From: Planctomycetota bacterium
Lineage (GTDB): Bacteria; Planctomycetota; UBA1135; UBA2386
Assembly: GCA_965223545.1 (NCBI GenBank)
Contig: OZ245006.1
Location: 3,744,001-3,808,000, forward strand
Reading direction: 5' to 3'
DNA length: 64,000 bases
This document shows positions 57,752-64,000 of the stretch, piece by piece; the stretch's first letter is position 1, and each line of letters starts with the position of its first letter. Both the position numbers and the translations under genes were made by a program. The notes beneath the pieces were generated by a model. That model was given only the letters and a program-made list of their open reading frames with translations. It did not search any database and was not told the origin of the DNA.

Positions 57752-58540
57752 TCAGCCGTCGCGCGGCGCGCGCATCAGCCGCGGCGTGACCAACAGGAGC
57801 GCCCCGCGATCGGCAGCCGAGAACGCCCGCACCACCACGGTGTGTCCCGAGGGTACGACTGCCAGTCGCGGCGTAGTGTCGTCGAGGCCGGTTGCCTCGG
57901 GCGCGGCGAACTCGAGGTCCAGGACGATGCGGTCGGTTCCACCGACGCACATCGGGCGGACCGCCACTTCGACGCCGTCGTCCGGTTGGCCGCGCCGGCG
58001 CTCACCGACGAACAGCGTCGCTTCCTGCCGATCGAGTGCGATGACCTTCGGCAGCTGGCGCACGCGGGACTTGGGGTCCTTGGCCAACAACTCCAGGACC
58101 GCCGTTTTTTGGGTTGGCAACAGCGTGCCGACGCCATCCTTGAGCACCTTGCCATCGACCACGATTCCCTCAGCGTGGAGGTCGGCGTTGGTCGTCGACA
58201 CCAGCTGGACATCGACGAACACTTGCGCGGGCGGCGTGTCGAGCCGCTCGATCAGCCGCGCGACCGTGTCGGCGATCGCCGGTACGTCGCGCACCGAGAC
58301 GACGCGGCGGTCGGCGCGCCACTCGAGCCGCCCGGCAGGAGTGAGGCATCCGCGCGCCGCCGCGATCGCGGCTCGTGCCTGCGCATCGTCGAGGTAGGTG
58401 ATGCAGAGCTCGCGCACCTCCAGCATGTGCCCGGCTTCGACCGAGGCCGCCGCCGGCGAGGCGATCGGAGAGAGCTGTGGGGCCGCTTGCACGGGGGCGA
58501 GGACGCCGAGCGCCATCAACGAGAAGAGCACGTTTTGCAC
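57752..58540 (-). CDS. Short secretin (GspD/PilQ)-like protein
   Basis: Signal peptide; LIERLD.P..QV.VDV.LV, PKVIALD.QEATL.VGE, GV...VRP, LLLVTPRL. Confidence 0.7.
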   Translation of the reverse strand: MQNVLFSLMALGVLAPVQAAPQLSPIASPAAASVEAGHMLEVRELCITYLDDAQARAAIAAARGCLTPAGRLEWRADRRVVSVRDVPAIADTVARLIERLDTPPAQVFVDVQLVSTTNADLHAEGIVVDGKVLKDGVGTLLPTQKTAVLELLAKDPKSRVRQLPKVIALDRQEATLFVGERRRGQPDDGVEVAVRPMCVGGTDRIVLDLEFAAPEATGLDDTTPRLAVVPSGHTVVVRAFSAADRGALLLVTPRLMRAPRDG

Positions 58541-58693
58541 GGAAAGCTCCGGGGGGGTTTGGGGGATGCGACGGTGCGGCGGAACCCGTCGATTCGCGCG
58601 TCGAGTTCTGGCGCCACCGCCGGACGCGGCGGGCACACTGACCATTTCGACGACAGCGGGGTCTCGACTTGAGCCCGGTCACCGCAAGTCGCA

Positions 58694-58910
58694 CTACTTG
58701 CCGGGATCGCGGCGCACGTGGGCGTTGCCGCTGCGTACCCCCTCGGGCAGCTGCCGCGCGCGCTTGTCGTTGAGCTGCTTCTGCAGATACTCGGGAAGGC
58801 ATTGCGCGGCAGAATCTTCTTCGCCCAGCATGAAGCGGACCATGCCCAGCACTAGCCCCGCTTCGCCGGCTCCGAGTGCCAGAGCCTTCTCGAAGTAGGC
58901 CGGGCTCGCC
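58694..58910 (-). pseudogene. Possible TPR gene remnant
   Basis: AYFEKALALGAGEAGLVLGMVRFMLGEEDSAAQCL resembles a TPR; no credible start codon. Confidence 0.35.
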
Positions 58911-58931
58911 CGTTGGCCGGGCCGCACCGAT

Positions 58932-60977
58932 CTACCGGTCGCCCGAGTCGAGCCCGTCCAAGTCGATGTCGATCGGCGGCAGCGCCGCGCGCCGGCGCTC
59001 ACCCTGCCGCAGATAGTGGTCGAACCAGCGCAGCGCGCGCACCGCGTAGTCGTACTGGTAGACGTTGCGGCGGTTGCCGTGGCCCTCACCCGGGTAGCGC
59101 ACGTAGCGTACCGGCGTCTTGGTGGCGAACTTGACCGCCCGGTAGAGCATGAACGGCTGGTTGGGGTGCACGCGAGTATCGGCGTCGCCGCCGGCCAACA
59201 GCAGCGGCGTTCGGCAGTCGGCGGCGTAGGTCGTCGGACTGCGGTCGATCAGGAACCCACGCTGGCGGTGCGGCCAAACCTCGCCCTGGTGCACGTGGTA
59301 GCCCTCGAACGGCGTATCGCTGACGTAGAGCTTGGTCGGCATGTCGGTCACCGGCACGAAGCTCACCGCCGCGGCGAAGTGCTCGCTGTGGCGGGTGGCG
59401 CCCCAAGCGGCCATCAGCCCGCCGTAGCTGCCGCCGCCGATGCCGACGCGCGCGGGATCGACCAGGCCTCGATCGACGAGGTGCCGGACGCCATCCAGGA
59501 GGTCGTCGAACTCCGCGCCGAGCACGTCGCCGTGGTTGGCCTTGGCGAACGCGACGCCGTAGCCGGTGCTGGCCCGATAGTTCTGGTAGAAGGCGAAGTA
59601 GCCGCGCGCCGACAGCATCTGCCCCCAGCGGCCGTAGCTGGTGTTCCAGCCGTCCGAGTAGTGCGACTCGGGGCCGCCGTGCACCACCAGCACGAGGGGG
59701 TAGCGCTCCTTTGGCCGATAGCCGAGCGGATAGAGCAGCACGCCTTCGACCGAGGTTCCGTCGCGGGCTGCGTAGCGCACCACCTCCTGCCGGCCGAGGC
59801 CACGATCGGCGAGCCAGGGATTCGAATCCGTCAGGCGAGCGACCCCTCCGTCGCGCCCCACGCGGCAGAGCTCGTCGGGATGCCGCGCGGTCGACCCCGC
59901 GACAACGTATCCGTCCCCCGACTGGGCAAACGAACGGAACGCGAAGCCCTCGCGCGCGAACACTCGCGCTCGCACGCCATCACGCAGGTCGACGTGTTCG
60001 ATCGCGCTCCGCGCCCCGTGGCTCACTGCCAACAACAACCCACCGGCGCGCAGTGGGTCGTCGCGCACCCATGCCACGTGATGCACCATCGCTTGCAGAT
60101 CCGGGGTGCAGTGCCGCCGCGAGCCATCGCGCACATCGACGACGAACAGGCTGCCGGCGTGCGGATCGGTGCGGTCGACCGCGCCCACGTACGCGAGACG
60201 ATGCCCGTCGGGCTCCCAGGCGAACTGCCCCAGCTTGCCGACCGGATCGGTCAGACTGGTCACCCGCCCGCGGCCCACGTCGACGAGATGCAGAGCGGCG
60301 AACATGTAACCGTCGTCGACGGTGTTGCGCGGCGCGATGCGCGCCGCGATGCGCTCACCGCGACTGTCCCACTCGAAGTCGAACACCGAGCCCACCTGCG
60401 TTAGCCGCCGCAGGGCTCCGCCGGGAGCCAACAGCCACAGCTGGGATTGCACGAAGTCCTCGTCGACGACGACCTGACGGAAGCCGGCATCAACCGCTCG
60501 GGTGCGCTCTCCCGGCACCTCGTCCAGCATGGTCAGCGCCAGCTGGGCGCCGTCCGGGTGCCAGCGGTGGCCGCGCACGGCGCGGGGCACCTGAGTGACC
60601 CGCTCCGGCTCGCCGCCCTCGAGCGGCACCGACCACACCTGCGCGGCGTCTTCGCCGGCGCGCCGGGCGATGAACGTCACGCGCGTTCCACTCGGATGCA
60701 GCTGGACATCGCGAGGCCGCTCGTCGGCACCGAGCAACAACCGCTCCTCGCCAGCGCGCCAGAGGTAGACGCGGGCGCGGGCTGTGCCTGCCGCATCTTG
60801 CAGCGACCGCGGCTCCGACCGGGTGAACACGACCGCGCCATTCCCCGCGGGCAGCACCACGCGCACCGTGCGCAGCGAGACCACGTCGCGAGGCGACAGG
60901 CCCTGTCGCGCATCGTCCTGGGCCGACACGGTGCCGGCGACGAGCACAGCGAGAAGCATCGTCGTGCGCCGGATCAT
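58932..60977 (-). CDS. S9 family (prolyl oligopeptidase/acylaminoacyl peptidase) serine peptidase
   Basis: VHGGP, NYRASTGYG, GGSYGG, DTRV, YPGEGHG; ATGA overlap with upstream paralogue. Confidence 0.93.
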   Translation of the reverse strand: MIRRTTMLLAVLVAGTVSAQDDARQGLSPRDVVSLRTVRVVLPAGNGAVVFTRSEPRSLQDAAGTARARVYLWRAGEERLLLGADERPRDVQLHPSGTRVTFIARRAGEDAAQVWSVPLEGGEPERVTQVPRAVRGHRWHPDGAQLALTMLDEVPGERTRAVDAGFRQVVVDEDFVQSQLWLLAPGGALRRLTQVGSVFDFEWDSRGERIAARIAPRNTVDDGYMFAALHLVDVGRGRVTSLTDPVGKLGQFAWEPDGHRLAYVGAVDRTDPHAGSLFVVDVRDGSRRHCTPDLQAMVHHVAWVRDDPLRAGGLLLAVSHGARSAIEHVDLRDGVRARVFAREGFAFRSFAQSGDGYVVAGSTARHPDELCRVGRDGGVARLTDSNPWLADRGLGRQEVVRYAARDGTSVEGVLLYPLGYRPKERYPLVLVVHGGPESHYSDGWNTSYGRWGQMLSARGYFAFYQNYRASTGYGVAFAKANHGDVLGAEFDDLLDGVRHLVDRGLVDPARVGIGGGSYGGLMAAWGATRHSEHFAAAVSFVPVTDMPTKLYVSDTPFEGYHVHQGEVWPHRQRGFLIDRSPTTYAADCRTPLLLAGGDADTRVHPNQPFMLYRAVKFATKTPVRYVRYPGEGHGNRRNVYQYDYAVRALRWFDHYLRQGERRRAALPPIDIDLDGLDSGDR

Positions 60978-63034
60978 CGCTCCTCCCCACCGAGCACGGC
61001 CGAGTAGTCAAAGTCGAACGGCGGCGGCGCATCGGTGCGCCGGGCCCCGGGCCTCAAGTAGTGGTCCAGCCAGCGCAGAGTGCGCACCGCGTAGTCGTAG
61101 CGATAGACGTTGGTCCGGTTGCCGTGACCCTCGCCGGGATACTGGACGTAGCGCGTCGGCGTATCGGTCGCGAACTTGACCGCGCGATAGAGCATGAAGG
61201 GCTGGCTCGGGTGCACGCGCGGGTCGGCGGTGCCCCCCAGCAGCAGCAGCGGCGTGCGGCATCGGGCGGCATACGTCAGCGGACTCCGGTCGGAGAGGAA
61301 CCCGCGCTGCTCGTGCGGCCACGCCTCCTGATAGTGCACGTAGAAGAATTCGTAAGGGATGTCCGACGTCAGCCACTTGGTGCGGATGTCGACGAACGGC
61401 ACGAAGCTCACCGCCGCGGCGAAGTGCTCGCTGTGCCGGGTCGCGGCCCACGCCGCGGTGTAGCCACCATACGAGCCGCCGCCGATCGCAACGCGGTCGG
61501 GGTCGATCAGGCCGCGCTCGTCGAAGTACGCGATCGCGTCCAAATGGTCGCGAAACTCGGCGCCCATCGGGTCGCCGTGATCGGCCTTGGCAAAGGCCAC
61601 TCCGTATCCCGTGCTGGCGCGGTAATTGGGATACCAGGCGTAGTAGTTGCGCGCAGCCAGCATCTGCCCCCAGCTGCCGTAGCTGGTGAGCCAGCCGTTG
61701 CTGTAGTGCGACTCCGGCCCGCCATGGGCGACGATCACCAGCGGCCGCCGGGTCCCCTCGCGGTGCTCGAGGGGATGGATCAACAACCCCTCGATCTCGA
61801 GACCGTCGCGCGCGCGATAGCGAACGATCTCCTGCTCGCCCAGCGCGACGTCGGCCAACCACGGGTTGGAGTCGGTCAGCGGCGCGTAGAACGGCAGCCC
61901 GTTGCCCGCGCCGTAGAGCTCGGGGGGGTGCCCCGCGGTCGAGCCGACGAAGTAGCGCCCGTGCGGGCCGTCCCATGCGCCCGCCACTGCTTGGAAGGCC
62001 GGCCCCTCGGGAGCGGGCGATCGCTCGTCCAGAATCTCTCCGCTCCGTGGCTCGAGCAGAGCCAGGTTGGTCTGCACGCCGCGGCTGAGCACCACCGACA
62101 GCGCCGGGGACCCGGCATGCGTCGACCAGTGCACGTCGTGCACCATGCCGCGCAGCGCGCGCGTCAGGCAGCGCACCGCACCCGAACGTCGCTCCACCAC
62201 GAACAGCGTGCCGGCGTGCGGATCGTTGCGATCGGCCGCGCTGATGTAGGCCAGCTCGGACGCATCGGCATTCCAGCGAAAGCCGCCCAGCTTGCCCGGG
62301 TTGTCGACCAACAGCGCGCTCGCACCGGTCGCCGGGTCGATCTGGTGGAGCCGCTTGAACATGTAGCTGTCGTCGACCAGGTTGCGCGGCGCGATCGCGG
62401 CCGCGATCACGCTGCCGTCCGGCGACCATTCGAAGTCGAAGACGGTTCGCTCCCGCGTGAGCTGCCGCGTGGATCCATCCCCTCGATCCCACAACCAGAG
62501 GCTTCGATGAGAGTAGTCCTCGTCGACCACCTCTTGGCGAAAGCCGCGCTCCCGCGCGGCCGCGCGGGCCTCGGGCGCGGGATCGAGGACGGTGAACGCG
62601 ATCTGCGCGCCGTCCGGCTGCCACGCGTAGCTCGACACGCCATGCGGCGTGCGGGTCACGCGCACCGGCTCGTCCCCATCGAGCCCGATCGCCCAGACCT
62701 CGGGGTGCGGGTCGTCCTCGCCCTTGTGCACGAAGCAGATCCTCTCCTCGCGCGGATCCCAGCTCACCCCGCCCACACCGCGTTGTCCGCCCAGCAGCAA
62801 CCGCTCGCCGCCATCCTCGAGCAAGAAGAGGTGCGCGTAGCTCGTGCCGGGACCATCGCTGATCGGGCGCGGCTCGGTGCGGGTGAACGCGACGCGGCCG
62901 CCATCCGGGCTCGGGTAGACACCGATGACCGCACGCAGGCGCATCATCTGCTCTGGAGTCAAGCCTTGGGCCAAAGCCGCGGGCGCCGCCAGCGCGAGAC
63001 TCACGGCGAAAAAGCTTCGAGATGTCGGTGTCAT
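60974..63034 (-). CDS. S9 family serine peptidase, paralogue
   Basis: AHGGP, GGSYGG, DPRV, YPGEGHG; WD40-like WSPDG repeats; signal peptide. Confidence 0.93.
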   Translation of the reverse strand: MTPTSRSFFAVSLALAAPAALAQGLTPEQMMRLRAVIGVYPSPDGGRVAFTRTEPRPISDGPGTSYAHLFLLEDGGERLLLGGQRGVGGVSWDPREERICFVHKGEDDPHPEVWAIGLDGDEPVRVTRTPHGVSSYAWQPDGAQIAFTVLDPAPEARAAARERGFRQEVVDEDYSHRSLWLWDRGDGSTRQLTRERTVFDFEWSPDGSVIAAAIAPRNLVDDSYMFKRLHQIDPATGASALLVDNPGKLGGFRWNADASELAYISAADRNDPHAGTLFVVERRSGAVRCLTRALRGMVHDVHWSTHAGSPALSVVLSRGVQTNLALLEPRSGEILDERSPAPEGPAFQAVAGAWDGPHGRYFVGSTAGHPPELYGAGNGLPFYAPLTDSNPWLADVALGEQEIVRYRARDGLEIEGLLIHPLEHREGTRRPLVIVAHGGPESHYSNGWLTSYGSWGQMLAARNYYAWYPNYRASTGYGVAFAKADHGDPMGAEFRDHLDAIAYFDERGLIDPDRVAIGGGSYGGYTAAWAATRHSEHFAAAVSFVPFVDIRTKWLTSDIPYEFFYVHYQEAWPHEQRGFLSDRSPLTYAARCRTPLLLLGGTADPRVHPSQPFMLYRAVKFATDTPTRYVQYPGEGHGNRTNVYRYDYAVRTLRWLDHYLRPGARRTDAPPPFDFDYSAVLGGEER

Positions 63035-63136
63035 GGCGCCGCGAATCATAGATCGAGCGCGAACTCCGAGGGGAAGTCGATCGCGACCCGTCGATCGCGC
63101 TTGGCGGTGCGCGACCAGCCGATAGCATGCGCAGCC

Positions 63137-64000
63137 ATGCGAGCCATTGCCCTACCGCTGCTGGTGATCGGCGGCGCGGTGGTTGTCCTGGCCATCTTCG
63201 GCGAGATCTTGGGTTGGAGAGAAGGCCGGGGGCTGCGGTGGCGACAGGCTCAGCTGTTCGTCCTCGGCGTCGCACTCATGGGTCTCGGGGTCGCCGCGTG
63301 GCCGACGCTGCGCCAACGCTTTGCCACCTGGCACCGCTCGCAGGCCAAGATCGGCGCGCTGGCGGTCCTGCTGTTCTCGGTCTGGGTCGGGCTCTTGACC
63401 GGCGTCTTCGAGATCATCCACGGCATCGTCCGCAGCCTGCTGCAGGACACGCTCGATCACCCGGTCGATCTGCTCTGCCTGAAGCCGTTGTGCTACGCCG
63501 TGTACAGCGCGATCCTGGCGGCACCGCTCGCCTTGCTCAACGCGATCCGGCCGGGCACTGTCCGTTTGGCCGAAGTGGTCTTCTGGCTCGTGTTGGTCAT
63601 GGCGTGGGCCCAGTTCTTGGTCCACCGCCGACTCGACAGCGGCGCGGTGTTGGCGCTGTCCGCGGGAATCGCCTGGACCGCCGCGCGCAGCTCGCCGGTC
63701 GGCTCCGGCGCCGTTTGGCGGGTCTGCCGCCGCACCCTGCCGTGGATAGTCGGCCTGATGGTCGTCTCGCTGGGACTCGTGCTGTTGATGCCCTGGTGGC
63801 GCGCGCGCGCGCACCGGCCGCCTGCCGGAGTAACGGCGCCGGCGGCCGCCCCCAACGTGCTGTTCATCGTGCTCGATACGATTCGCGCCGATCACCTGCG
63901 CTGCTACGGCTACGAGCGCGAGACCATGCCGACGATCGACCGGCTGGCGGCGGCCGGCACGCAGTTCGACGCGATGATCGCCAGCTCACCGTGGACGCTG
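63137..64000 (+). CDS. Membrane-anchored sulfatase-like protein (truncated by window end)
   Basis: Several N-terminal TM helices, then PNVLFIVLDTIRADHL.CYGY.RETMP.ID.LA..G..F....ASSPWT; absent from the track because there is no stop in the window. Confidence 0.85.
   Translation, partial: MRAIALPLLVIGGAVVVLAIFGEILGWREGRGLRWRQAQLFVLGVALMGLGVAAWPTLRQRFATWHRSQAKIGALAVLLFSVWVGLLTGVFEIIHGIVRSLLQDTLDHPVDLLCLKPLCYAVYSAILAAPLALLNAIRPGTVRLAEVVFWLVLVMAWAQFLVHRRLDSGAVLALSAGIAWTAARSSPVGSGAVWRVCRRTLPWIVGLMVVSLGLVLLMPWWRARAHRPPAGVTAPAAAPNVLFIVLDTIRADHLRCYGYERETMPTIDRLAAAGTQFDAMIASSPWTL

Noticed and set aside
1..64000. tRNA, rRNA, CRISPR arrays, known riboswitches
   Set aside because: None recognised by eye; a covariance-model scan is needed to exclude divergent RNAs.

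Overview
High-GC bacterial window. ECF sigma factors paired with a Ser/Thr kinase, an anti-sigma or a CHAT protease, kelch/FG-GAP exoproteins and a sulfatase suggest a Planctomycetota-like organism (inference). Housekeeping genes include glpX, zwf, nadA, topA, a class II photolyase and a 3-hydroxyacyl-CoA dehydrogenase/hydratase fusion. There are duplicated exported hydrolases (two S46 peptidases, two S9 peptidases, two amidohydrolases). Main observations: (1) a secreted protein split in the ORF track by an in-frame TGA inside a SPY-U-PSCYADC motif and followed by a SECIS-like hairpin, a probable selenoprotein (48634-49959, minus); (2) a complete IS66-type element (43828-47356; 21-bp TIRs, 8-bp target duplication) carrying a DUF4338/Mom-like gene coupled to the transposase; (3) six unrelated signal-peptide proteins sharing one C-terminal domain, a candidate sorting signal; (4) a GH63-like protein apparently lacking both catalytic acids, behind a structured leader; (5) a TPP E1 alpha-beta fusion coupled to a non-canonical FabD-like acyltransferase with no adjacent E2; (6) an orphan Rpn C-terminal remnant. 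All family calls come from motif recognition by eye; no searches were run.
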